The notes beneath the pieces are model-generated. The model was not told where the DNA came from. It searched no databases and was given only the letters and a program-made list of their open reading frames with translations. The position numbers and the translations under genes are program-made. This document shows positions 52,328 through 61,886 of a stretch of DNA of 64,000 nt, piece after piece (positions within the stretch are counted from its first letter, which is position 1; each line of letters begins with the position of its first letter). Origin of the DNA: an uncultured archaeon (GTDB taxonomy: Archaea; Thermoproteota; Bathyarchaeia; Bathyarchaeales; Bathycorpusculaceae); contig CAWALK010000012.1 of NCBI GenBank assembly GCA_963782915.1, forward strand, positions 256,001 to 320,000, read 5' to 3'.

Positions 52328-53452
52328 TTAGGGCTGTTTTAAGTTGCGGCTAAACCAGTCGTTGATGCAGGTAATCCTGCTATGTTCGTTACTTGCCAGA
52401 GACCGCCGTCGGTTGGGTACACTTTGAACCCTGTGATGTTGTTGCCGTTTAAGTGCATATAGAAATTCACTGTTGTTGCTTAATGCCAAATCGAGCGCTG
52501 GAGAACTGACTTTTGCTGCGATTGAGCTGGATAGGAGTAGAATGCCGTTAGATGCGATTGCATAGGTTGAGATTGTTCCGCTTGCAGCGTTAGTTGTGAA
52601 AGCCCAATCACCAGCGGTTGTTGTTAATAGCCAGCAGGGAGCCATTTGGAAGTCTGGCAATGCGCCGCTGATTGTTCGCAGTGAACCGTTAGGAGTCCAA
52701 GTGAACGAGGACACAGTGTTGGATGCTGCTTCACTCATAACCAGAAAGCCGTTTGGTGTGAATGCGAATCCGAAGGGTCCGTTGCCTACTGAAGTCATCA
52801 TGTTAGGTGCGCTTGCTACTCCTGTGCTTGAAACAGCGTAGATGTCGGTCATGTTGGCGGCTTTTTCAGTGACGACCAGCATTGTTCCAGTGGGGTTGAA
52901 TCCGATTTGTTCTGGTGAACTATTCTTGACTCCGCTTAAGGGTTGAGTTGATCCCGCAATGAAGGTTAACTTTCCAGTCTGGTTAACCATGAATCCTGCG
53001 ATGTTGCCAGCTACGGTTGCTGAACCATTATTGAGGACATAGACCCAGTTGCCGTTGACTGTAATGCTTATTGGTGCCATGCCATGCGAACTAACAACGT
53101 CTGTAAGTGTTAATGCTGTGTTGTTGACTTGGAACACGGATATGTTGTCGCTGCCTGCGTTGACGACAAAAAGCCATTTGCCATCCTGACTAAGGGTGAC
53201 TGCGCCTTGACTGTCAAGTTTACTGCCAGTGCCATTGCCCATTGTTGGGGTACTGCCAGAAACCACCAATGTACCGTCGGACATGCGGTTGAATTGCCAA
53301 ACATTATTCGCCATTGCATTGTCGATTGTGTAGACTTTGCCGACCACTGTTACCGTTGTTGCATTAATCATTGTTGCTGCAGAGACCATCGCTAAAACAG
53401 CTACTAAAATTGTTGCGATTGCTAAAAGTTTCTTTCTCATGCTTTGTTTCAT
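52328..53452 (-). CDS. Secreted lactonase-family 7-bladed beta-propeller protein (frameshift near C-terminus)
   Basis: Signal peptide; SQG..LS.DG..LF.VNAGS, P..I, GPFGFAF and APCW motifs. Confidence 0.85.
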   Translation of the reverse strand: MKQSMRKKLLAIATILVAVLAMVSAATMINATTVTVVGKVYTIDNAMANNVWQFNRMSDGTLVVSGSTPTMGNGTGSKLDSQGAVTLSQDGKWLFVVNAGSDNISVFQVNNTALTLTDVVSSHGMAPISITVNGNWVYVLNNGSATVAGNIAGFMVNQTGKLTFIAGSTQPLSGVKNSSPEQIGFNPTGTMLVVTEKAANMTDIYAVSSTGVASAPNMMTSVGNGPFGFAFTPNGFLVMSEAASNTVSSFTWTPNGSLRTISGALPDFQMAPCWLLTTTAGDWAFTTNAASGTISTYAIASNGILLLSSSIAAKVSSPALDLALSNNSEFLYALKRQQHHRVQSVPNRRRSLASNEHSRITCINDWFSRNLKQP

Positions 53453-53649
53453 CCTCTTTTACTAGTTGAGGATACCTTCATCGGAGGAAAACCGTGTTTA
53501 TACGATTATGTGGGTTGGATTGATTCAATTGCGGGAAGCCGCAGCTACAAGAAGATAGTCACAGGCGCACGCATGTTACCGTTTGGCAAAAAAGGTTAAA
53601 AGTTAAGACATCATTCCTTTTGTAGTGAAGTTTTAGGAGGATTTTTGTT

Positions 53650-56070
53650 TTGGTTAACAAGTTACCAGTAGAGAAACTTAGGAATGTCTGTGACGCTAAT
53701 TTTATGCATTGCGAATCAACAAAGGATTTGGTGCCACTAGCTGAAATTATTGGGCAAGAACGCGCTGTCCGTGCCCTCAAGTTTGGGTTAGGCATCAAAA
53801 ATCACGGCTTCAACATGTATGTAGCTGGGTATCCAGGGACAGGGCGAAAAACTGCGGTCAAAAGCTTCGTGGAAGCCCAAGCTAAAACGCAACCTGTACC
53901 CGCTGACTGGTGCTACGTGAACAATTTCGGCAACCAATATGAACCCAAAGCGATCCAGTTGCCGCCAGGTAAGGGCAAAGAATTCCGCGAAGACACCAAA
54001 AGCTTCATCGAAAACGTCAAAACCGCACTTCCGAAAGCTTTTGAAAGCGAAGATTACGTGGCAAGAAGAGAAGCAACCCTGCGGGGCTTAGAGAATAATC
54101 GAAAACAACTCATCGATGCCCTAAACGCAAAAGCACAAAGCGAAGGCTTCGTAATCCAAACAACCCCCGTTGGCTTGCTGCTCATTCCAGTTTTAGACGG
54201 CAAACCACTCAGCGAAGAAGAAATACTTGCGTTACCACAGAAAACGAAAGATAAGTTAGCTGAGAAGCGGGAGAAACTTGAGAAAGAATTCACCAACACA
54301 ATGCGTCAACTCATCGATATGGAACGGCAGATTCATGAGGCCTTAAAGAAGCTCAACAAAGAAGTGGCTCTGTATGCTCTTGGTAGCCAAATGCAGAATC
54401 TACTGGAAAAGTATCAGGCTACTTCCGAAGTTACGGGTTTCCTCAAAGCCGTCGAGAATGATATTTTGGATAATTTAGCCCAGTTCGTCCGAAGAGGCGG
54501 CGCAGAAGCCCAACAGCAGCTGCCCTTTGCGATGCCATGGATGAAAGAGGAACCATACAAAAAATATGAAGTCAACGTCGTCATCGACAACTCTGAAACC
54601 AAAGGTGCACCCGTAGTCGTGGAAACCAACCCAACCTACCATAACCTGCTGGGCAGAACCGAGAAGGAAGCTCAATTCGGCGCGTTAACCACCGATTTTA
54701 GCATGATCCGAGGAGGCTCCATCCACAAAGCCAACGGCGGCTACCTTATCATACCAGTCGAGGATTTGCTGCGCAACCCCTTCAGCTACGACGGCTTAAA
54801 ACGGGACCTAAGAGACGGTAACATGGCTATCGAGGAACCCGAAGAACGCTATGGATTTTTGAGCGTTAAAACCCTCAAACCCCAACCTATCCCATTAACA
54901 GCCAAAGTCATACTCATCGGAGACCCCAACATATACCAGATGATGTTCAGCTTAGACCCAGACTTCCGTGAACTCTTCAAAATCAAAGCTGAATTCGATA
55001 CCACAATGCCTCGTACCGAGGAGAAAGTCAGACAGTACGGAGCCTTTGTATGCGGCTTATGCGAGAAAGAAAACCTAAAACATCTCGATGGTGGCGGATT
55101 AGCCAAACTAATCGAATACAGCTCAAGAATCATAGAGGACCAGTATAAACTCTCTACACAATTCTCCCATATCGCTGATGTCGTAAGAGAAGCGAACTTC
55201 TACGCGGAACTGGACAAGTCTGAATTTATCACAGCGGATCATGTCAAAAGAGCGATAGAAGAAAAGATCTATCGCAGCAAACTCATTCAAGAAAAAATCC
55301 AAGAAATGATAGCCCGAGGCTTCTTCCTCATCGATACCCATGAACAGACGGTGGGGCAAGTCAACGGCTTATCCGTTATGGGCTTGGGTGACTTTGCGTT
55401 TGGCATGCCTTCACGTGTCACTGTTAGCATCGGATTGGGCAGAGAAGGCGTAATCGACATTGAAAGAGAAGCCAAAATGGGTGGACCCATCCACACCAAA
55501 GGTGTACTGATCTTAAGCGGTTACATGAACGACAAATACGCACGCGACAAACCACTAAGCCTCAACGCCAGATTGGTTTTTGAGCAGAACTATGAGGGCG
55601 TCGAAGGCGACAGCGCATCCAGCACCGAACTCTACAGCATCCTCTCCTCACTCAGCGGACTGCCAATAAAACAGAACCTCGCCGTTACGGGCTCAGTGAA
55701 CCAGAAGGGCGAAGTGCAAGCTATCGGTGGCGTCAACGAGAAAATCGAGGGTTTCTTTGAAGTCTGCAAAGCCAAAGGACTCAGCGGCGAGCAGGGCGTC
55801 ATGATTCCTGAGAGCAACGTGCAGAATCTGATGCTAAAAGAAGAAGTCTTGGATGCGGTGAAGGCTGGGCAATTCAATATCTACTCGGTGAAGTCGATTG
55901 ATGAGGGCATCGAAGTTTTAACTGGCACAAAGGCTGGGCAACGGAAAGTAGACGGCACCTATGAAGAGGGCACAGTGAATTTCTTGGTGGATAAGGCGTT
56001 GCGGGAGATGGCGGATAAACTCAAAGAGTACCCAGCTGTTGAGATGAAACCCAGAAAAACCGAAGAGTAA
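53650..56070 (+). CDS. LonC-like Lon protease family protein
   Basis: IIGQ.RA, degenerate Walker A GYPGTGRKT, H.ANGGYL, GQVNGL, EGDSAS (catalytic Ser), GGVNEK (Lys); no TM insert. Confidence 0.9.
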   Translation: MVNKLPVEKLRNVCDANFMHCESTKDLVPLAEIIGQERAVRALKFGLGIKNHGFNMYVAGYPGTGRKTAVKSFVEAQAKTQPVPADWCYVNNFGNQYEPKAIQLPPGKGKEFREDTKSFIENVKTALPKAFESEDYVARREATLRGLENNRKQLIDALNAKAQSEGFVIQTTPVGLLLIPVLDGKPLSEEEILALPQKTKDKLAEKREKLEKEFTNTMRQLIDMERQIHEALKKLNKEVALYALGSQMQNLLEKYQATSEVTGFLKAVENDILDNLAQFVRRGGAEAQQQLPFAMPWMKEEPYKKYEVNVVIDNSETKGAPVVVETNPTYHNLLGRTEKEAQFGALTTDFSMIRGGSIHKANGGYLIIPVEDLLRNPFSYDGLKRDLRDGNMAIEEPEERYGFLSVKTLKPQPIPLTAKVILIGDPNIYQMMFSLDPDFRELFKIKAEFDTTMPRTEEKVRQYGAFVCGLCEKENLKHLDGGGLAKLIEYSSRIIEDQYKLSTQFSHIADVVREANFYAELDKSEFITADHVKRAIEEKIYRSKLIQEKIQEMIARGFFLIDTHEQTVGQVNGLSVMGLGDFAFGMPSRVTVSIGLGREGVIDIEREAKMGGPIHTKGVLILSGYMNDKYARDKPLSLNARLVFEQNYEGVEGDSASSTELYSILSSLSGLPIKQNLAVTGSVNQKGEVQAIGGVNEKIEGFFEVCKAKGLSGEQGVMIPESNVQNLMLKEEVLDAVKAGQFNIYSVKSIDEGIEVLTGTKAGQRKVDGTYEEGTVNFLVDKALREMADKLKEYPAVEMKPRKTEE

Positions 56071-56154
56071 TCTTATCCTCTTCTTTTTATTTTTGTGATT
56101 GTTGCACTCGCTGTTGTTTTGGTTGCTGCGTTTTAGCGAAGAAAATAGCCTTGC

Positions 56155-56290
56155 CTATTTATCCTTTAAATAAGGGAGGGGGTAGGTGCTTTGAGGTAGG
56201 TAGGCCAGTGTGTTTTGCCAACCGTATCTGCTTGTGGAAATCTCCATAACCAACCTGCAATCTCCATTTAACGCAGAAACCACTAAGCAG
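56155..56290 (+). repeat. Dispersed intergenic repeat, head plus partial body (D)
   Basis: ctatttatcctttaaataagggagggggtaggtgctttgaggtaggtagg is nearly identical to the copy B head; body motif TCTGCTTG...TCTCCA.AACCAACCTGCAA. Confidence 0.8.
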
Positions 56291-56545
56291 CCGCCAGCAA
56301 AGCCTACAGAAAAAAGAAGGGTAAAGGAGCGCTCTACCTTATTCTAACAATAAAAACCCTCTGCCAAAAAAAACAAGCAATCAACCGATTAAAAACGGGC
56401 ATAGGCAGATTTGCATGTGTATATCTGTTCTTCAGTAACAAGAAACTGGCGCAAAACCAAAAGAATTAAGACTACTGATACCGATTTCTGCTCAAGATTG
56501 TAGCTAATCAAAGCTTAACTACCCAACCTTAGAATAATTTGTCAG

Positions 56546-56782
56546 GTGCAAGCGGTGTCAAAGAGAAGAATTCAGCGTAAACGAAGCAAAGGCTTAGTAT
56601 TATTACTGCTTCCCGCGCTTATCTTCATCGGCGTCATCGGTTGGCTAGCTTATACGTTGGAACTGCCAAGTCGAAAAGCCCCAAAACACCAGCCTAAGAC
56701 ACTCCGAACCCAAACTGGCGACGACGGCGTAACATTATTCCCAGCAATCTACGAAGAAAACCAAGAATTACCCAATCAATAA
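56546..56782 (+). CDS. Small single-TM protein
   Basis: Basic N-terminus, one hydrophobic helix, polar tail. Confidence 0.55.
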   Translation: MQAVSKRRIQRKRSKGLVLLLLPALIFIGVIGWLAYTLELPSRKAPKHQPKTLRTQTGDDGVTLFPAIYEENQELPNQ

Positions 56783-56878
56783 CCCGTTTGCGCCACAAAA
56801 ACCTGGGTTAATCGCTTACTTGTTGTACACCTGACACAGTCACAACACCATTTATAGTCGGTAAAATAATATTTTTTT

Positions 56879-57045
56879 GCGAGAAATAGCCATCCAAGAG
56901 GTACACCCAAGCTTGGCGGGTCAGCAGGTTAAAACGGACGCATCATCCCCCAAGACCCATAAGAAGGATATGGGATCTACTTTTGATGTGCGCTGCGGGT
57001 TAACAGTGGCGATCCGTCCAGGCATACTTTTGGATACTCACTTTT
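56879..57045 (+). ncRNA. Candidate rod-shaped ncRNA (~165 nt) with central bubble
   Basis: TTTATA at 56851; four nested stems (see findings); CTTTT end; no ORF. Confidence 0.5.
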
Positions 57046-57132
57046 AGTCACCTCTCCCCTCTACAGGCATGTCGTTTCTGCATCGGTACTTATTAGCGCT
57101 ATGAAGCAAATGCTAACTTCCGTGAAACTACA

Positions 57133-57513
57133 TTGAGTTACAAAGAACGTATGCACCCAAAAGTAAGCAAAGCAGAAATCGACCTCTTCAAAGCATTAAG
57201 CCAAGCTAACCTAACAACCGGCATGGTTACACAGCAACAAATCATCCTAAAATCCACCCTACCCGACTTCTGCTGGATGGAGAAACGCAAAATCGTCTAC
57301 CTCGACGGCAACCCGGTGCATAAAAAAGACAAACAACTAGAACACGACGAAGAAATCGACAATCTCCTAACAAAACAAGGTTGGGATGTGTTGCGCATAA
57401 AGTATGATCCGCCATTAACCGAGAAGGGCTTGGCAAAGATTATGGCGCAGGTTAAAGAGTTTTTAAACGCGGACGAGGAACCTGTCAGGTACGAGCCTGA
57501 GCTTTTTCCGTAA
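57133..57513 (+). CDS. Vsr/DUF559-like endonuclease-fold protein
   Basis: PDF......IVYLDG...H, D...D..L...GW.VLRI motifs. Confidence 0.75.
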   Translation: MSYKERMHPKVSKAEIDLFKALSQANLTTGMVTQQQIILKSTLPDFCWMEKRKIVYLDGNPVHKKDKQLEHDEEIDNLLTKQGWDVLRIKYDPPLTEKGLAKIMAQVKEFLNADEEPVRYEPELFP

Positions 57514-57569
57514 CGTTTTAGTTAACCAACAAATTTCTAGTGGTACAGCAATTTTTTGAGGTTTAAATT

Positions 57570-58497
57570 ATGAGTCAAAAGGCAGACGTAGTCATCATCG
57601 GCGCCGGACCGGCCGGATTGAGTGCAGCCATCTACACATCATGGCTTGGACTAAAAACAACCGTTTTAGAGTCAGGGATTTCAGGCGGCAGAGCATATTT
57701 AGCGCCGAAAATCGAGAATTACCCCGGTTTCCCCGAAGGAATCAAAGGCAGCGAACTCACCGAAAAAATGAGAATGCAGGCAGAACGCTTCAAAGCCCAA
57801 TTGCAAAGCGACGAAGAGGTTGTAGGAATCGAAATCAAGGACTCAAAGAAACAAGTGATTTCGCGTAAGCAAACCTATGAAGCCTCCGCAATCATCATAG
57901 CCACCGGAACACAGAGACGAAAACTCCGCGTTGAGGGCGAAACAGAATTTTTGGGCAGAGGTGTAAGTTACTGCGCCACCTGCGACGGACCCTTCTTCCG
58001 CAAAAAAGCGGTGGCGGTGGTTGGTAATAGTGAGGAAGCAGCGATTGATGCGTTGGCACTCTGCGACTTAGCCTCCAAAGTTACTATCGTTAGTCAAGAG
58101 GAGAGGCTTGAAATGGAGGGTGCACTGCTTGATAGGTTGAGGACTAAAACTAACGTTGAATTTGTTATGGGTAAAGTTACCCAAATCGAGGGCGACCAAG
58201 TGGTGAGTGCCATAAAAATCGAGGATTTCCAAACCAAACAGGAACTAGAGCGTGAAGTTAAAGGGGTCTTTGTTGCTTTGGGCGGGGTTCCACTTAACGG
58301 CGATAGTACAGAAAGCCGGTATAGCTACGGATAGGACAGGATGTTTAACGGTTGATAGGCGTCAGCAAACCAATGTTGCCGGTGTCTTCGCTGCGGGAGA
58401 CTGCACCTGCGGAGGTATGCAGGTTGTTACGGCTGCCGGTGAGGGCGCAATAGCAGGGATGAGGGCTTCGGCGTATATCAGAAGAGGCACCGCTTAA
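57570..58497 (+). CDS. trxB: Thioredoxin reductase-like FAD oxidoreductase (frameshift near 58290)
   Basis: GAGPAG, ENYPG, GRGVSYCATCDG and GVFAAGD motifs. Confidence 0.9.
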
Positions 58498-58543
58498 CCT
58501 CTTCGTTTGATTGCTTCCTTTTTAAAAATTAATCCAAATAGTA

Positions 58544-59734
58544 TCATTTTACGTTTCGGAATAAATACCAAAACAGAACAATCGAAACAAGATAGATTAT
58601 CCCTGATAAAATAAAAGGCGCTGCCAAAAGCCCCAAACTCAACAGGTAAGCACCCAAAAAAGTGCTCAAAGCATTAGGCAAACTCCACAACGCCGAACTT
58701 ATCCCTGAAGCTACACCCCGCTCATCCTCAACTACAATACCCATAATCAGCGACTGCTCCAGTGGAGTGGACAGATTTATCAGAAAACTTCGAACTGTAT
58801 ATGTAAACCCAGCCAAAATAAAACCTGGCGCAAAAGGAGTTGCAAACATGAAGATTGTTGAGACCCCCTGAGTAATCGTGATAGCTTTAACGATACCGAC
58901 TCTTTTTGCTAGCCAGGGTCCAGTTAACGTTGCTGCTCCAGTTACCATGGCAGATAACCCCAGTATGGGGCCGCTGACTGTATCTAAGATGCCATATTGT
59001 AACCCCAGCCATGCAGTCATCAATGGAACCACCAAGCCTGCGCCCACAGCAACCAAGGCACTAGTGAAGATATATCGCAATAACGGATCAGTCGATTTAT
59101 GAGGCAAAAGATTCCGCCAGGCGACTCCATGTCTTTTGACTCTTCGGGGTTCACTGACGCCTAACATGAACAAGGTTGAGCTTAGGCTCAGGATTGCTAA
59201 AATGATGTAGAGTAGAATGTGCCCTTCTTGGTTGTTAAACCCATAACTCTCAAAAATGAGTATTACAGGAATAATCAAGCTGCCTACACCAAACGCTAAA
59301 CTTTGCACAAAACCAAACAACGAGTAGGCGCTGGTTCGCCGTTTTTCCTGTGCTTTCTCGGCAAGCAATGCGTTGGCAGAAGCCGCAAAAGCCGCTTCAG
59401 AAACTCCTTCTATAACTGCTGCTGCCAGCAAAACTGCAACGTTGGTGGTTAATGCGAAGACTGCGATTATGGCGCTTGCCATTATGTTTCCGACTATGTA
59501 GAGCCTTTTTCTTCCGTATTTGTCAGCGGCAGCGCCCAAGGGGATGCTTGCAACAAAAGTCGATATCCCCATAACCGTTATAATTAAACCCATTATTGGA
59601 ATTGATAAGCCCTGAACTGCAGTTAGGAAGAAAGCGATGTCAGTGTAGAACATGCCGTAGGCAACAAAAGGCAATGCAGCTGAGTAAATCAGGTATTTAG
59701 CCTCTCGGGGCAATCCACGGTAACTGCTGAACAA
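58544..59734 (-). CDS. MFS transporter
   Basis: 12-TM pattern; G..ADKYGRK motif A. Confidence 0.9.
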   Translation of the reverse strand: MFSSYRGLPREAKYLIYSAALPFVAYGMFYTDIAFFLTAVQGLSIPIMGLIITVMGISTFVASIPLGAAADKYGRKRLYIVGNIMASAIIAVFALTTNVAVLLAAAVIEGVSEAAFAASANALLAEKAQEKRRTSAYSLFGFVQSLAFGVGSLIIPVILIFESYGFNNQEGHILLYIILAILSLSSTLFMLGVSEPRRVKRHGVAWRNLLPHKSTDPLLRYIFTSALVAVGAGLVVPLMTAWLGLQYGILDTVSGPILGLSAMVTGAATLTGPWLAKRVGIVKAITITQGVSTIFMFATPFAPGFILAGFTYTVRSFLINLSTPLEQSLIMGIVVEDERGVASGISSALWSLPNALSTFLGAYLLSLGLLAAPFILSGIIYLVSIVLFWYLFRNVK

Positions 59735-59906
59735 AATATATTCATCTGCTAAAAATTAGCTTATCTATAGGATAATGTGGCGTTTTCTGACTTATCCTTT
59801 GCTATACCAAAAACAGCTAAACCCCACAAAGAGCATTAATCGTCCAAAAAAGCGTAAAACAATGGAAAAAACATCAGCTTTTTGAGTATCTAACCTATAT
59901 AGGGAA

Positions 59907-60650
59907 ATGTACAATGTAGGATGTCGGTTTTCAAGAAAGAGTCCAACCCAGTTGGGGGTCCTCGCTTTTTCAAGACAGCTCTGGCAAACAAAAATCGGAA
60001 GAGAAAAGAGTTTGAACCACAAAAAACCTGCAGTAATGGAGTATCTCGCATTCCTATCGATAAAGAACGGCATGTACCTCAGCGAAATCTACCAAGCCTT
60101 AGTTGTAGCCAGAGAAAAACAGAAAACCACCTGCAAAGACCTAACGGTTGAGTACCGAGGCAGCGTAAAAAGAGAGGCTATTTTCCTAATTACCAAAGGT
60201 CCAACCATGATTGGGCAATTCCGAGTGGCAGAAGAACTACTGCGCAAAACAGACATCTGTTTCGAAAGCTGGCTAGACACCGACAAAATACGCAAACAAC
60301 TGAATAGGCGCACACCGAAAATGGCAGTTATGGTTCAAGACATGCGCCATGGAATGAAAAAAGTCAACTTAGAAGCAAAAGTCATTGAAACCCCAGAAGC
60401 GTCAATAGTGCAGACACGTTATGGAAACAGCGCCAAATTAACCAACGCTATGGTTGCTGACGAGACAGGAAAAATTAAGCTTTGCCTCTGGAATGAACAA
60501 GCTGACCAAATAGCGGTTGGGGATACCGTGCAGATTAAAGATGCGTCAGTCGCTACTTTTAAGGGTGAGAGGCAGTTGCGTCTTGGCAAAAATGGGACAA
60601 TTACGGTCATGCCCAAAATAGTGGAAATCAAGCCAGTTCAGAAGAGCTAA
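59907..60650 (+). CDS. OB-fold single-stranded nucleic acid-binding (SSB/RPA-like) protein with extra N-terminal domain; real start probably TTG 60012 or ATG 60036
   Basis: C-terminal VN..AKV, DETG.I.L.LWN and GD.V.I OB-fold motifs. Confidence 0.8.
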   Translation: MYNVGCRFSRKSPTQLGVLAFSRQLWQTKIGREKSLNHKKPAVMEYLAFLSIKNGMYLSEIYQALVVAREKQKTTCKDLTVEYRGSVKREAIFLITKGPTMIGQFRVAEELLRKTDICFESWLDTDKIRKQLNRRTPKMAVMVQDMRHGMKKVNLEAKVIETPEASIVQTRYGNSAKLTNAMVADETGKIKLCLWNEQADQIAVGDTVQIKDASVATFKGERQLRLGKNGTITVMPKIVEIKPVQKS

Positions 60651-60786
60651 AAAAGCTTCATTTATCCTTTTTAGATAACACGCAAAAAGCAACAGTGCCA
60701 ACTGGGCAAATTTACGATGACTTTAGCTGCTGGACTATAAGAAAAATTTAGATGCAATCAACGCATAACATGCCTGCAAGGTGTGA

Positions 60787-61467
60787 CTGAAAATAAACGA
60801 TTTTCCGCCCGTAACCTTCAAACTCGGAAACGGCGAAACAAAAAGCGACCGCGAATGGCTAAAAAAGAAAAAAGAGTACCTTGACAAACTATGGGGTACA
60901 AGCGGCCCAAAAATACTGCGGAAAATCGAAGAAGCCTGCGGTGACACCTTCACAAACACCTCCAAACAAGACGGAATCATAGTTCTACTGCACAAGAAAA
61001 CGCCAAAAAGCGAAATCAGCGGTTTCCTCAACGAGGAGAATCCCCTTGAAATCAACTTGTTTCTAACAAAAAGTGATGCCACCGATTCTTTAAAGGAACT
61101 TTTGGTCCGTACGCTTGCTCATTCGTTTATTCAGCAACAGTATGAGTTTCATTTTAGGATGAGGGAGCAAACATTGTTTGAGGACATTTTGGCGGATGAA
61201 CTGGTTACTTCGATGGTTAGTTTTACGGTGTTGGGAAGAAAGCTTGGAAAAGCAAACTGCGCCGAAGCACTTGACCAAGCTATAGAGCAGACAGTTTATA
61301 GGTTATCACAGAAGACAGCGCGAACTAAACTGGTGGATACCCTGTACGGTTTCTTTCAAGAGCAACCTGCAAACGGTAAGAACCAGAAAAGGGATGTTTT
61401 AGCAAGCCGAGAAGAGTTAATATCCAAACTACTTGAATTCTTACCCAAAACCGATAACATCAATTAA
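60787..61467 (+). CDS. Hypothetical 226-aa protein, probable CTG start; degenerate zincin-like motif
   Basis: Frame stays open 90 codons upstream of the track ORF, back to CTG 60787, preceded by AAGGTG and an in-frame TGA; LVRTLAH where HExxH would be. Confidence 0.6.
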   Translation: MKINDFPPVTFKLGNGETKSDREWLKKKKEYLDKLWGTSGPKILRKIEEACGDTFTNTSKQDGIIVLLHKKTPKSEISGFLNEENPLEINLFLTKSDATDSLKELLVRTLAHSFIQQQYEFHFRMREQTLFEDILADELVTSMVSFTVLGRKLGKANCAEALDQAIEQTVYRLSQKTARTKLVDTLYGFFQEQPANGKNQKRDVLASREELISKLLEFLPKTDNIN

Positions 61468-61479
61468 TTATTAAGAATT

Positions 61480-61595
61480 TGGCGCCGAGAGGGGGATTCG
61501 AACCCCCGTGGCCCCGAAAGGCCACAAGCTATCAGGTAACCTCCTGAAGAGGTGAATCTCCAGGCTTGCTCCCTGCCTGGCTAGGAGACCTCGGC
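61480..61595 (-). tRNA. tRNA-Ser(GGA) with ~27-nt canonical-position intron (about 61531-61557) and encoded CCA
   Basis: Reverse complement folds as a cloverleaf: GCCGAGG acceptor, CAAGC/GCTTG anticodon stem with CT-GGA-G, long variable arm GGCC-TTTCGG-GGCC, GGTTCGAATCC T-arm, GCCA end. Confidence 0.93.
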
Positions 61596-61886
61596 ATACA
61601 ATGTACCAGTAGCCAGTGGCTGGTTTGCACAAGTTCTCTGACTTTTGCAGAATTTAAAGCTTTATCGAAGTTAAGCTATGCTGAATCGTTGAGCAACTGT
61701 TATTAAAACAATCAAGCAGAAAGAACGGCCTTCAAAGAGAGGAAAAGCCGTCAATTGGCTGTATCGGTAAAGAGATGGATGCACCTGCCCAATCAAGTCT
61801 GAGTATATTCAGGTTAATCACGAAGCTATGCATAGGATTATTGAGGGATAGGTAACTATTTGGGATTATCCAGCCAAAAATTAGTG

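Noticed and set aside
53650-56070. Intein or novel insertion in the Lon-like gene
   Set aside because: No intein terminal motifs; the extra length is the coiled-coil insertion expected in LonC-type proteins.
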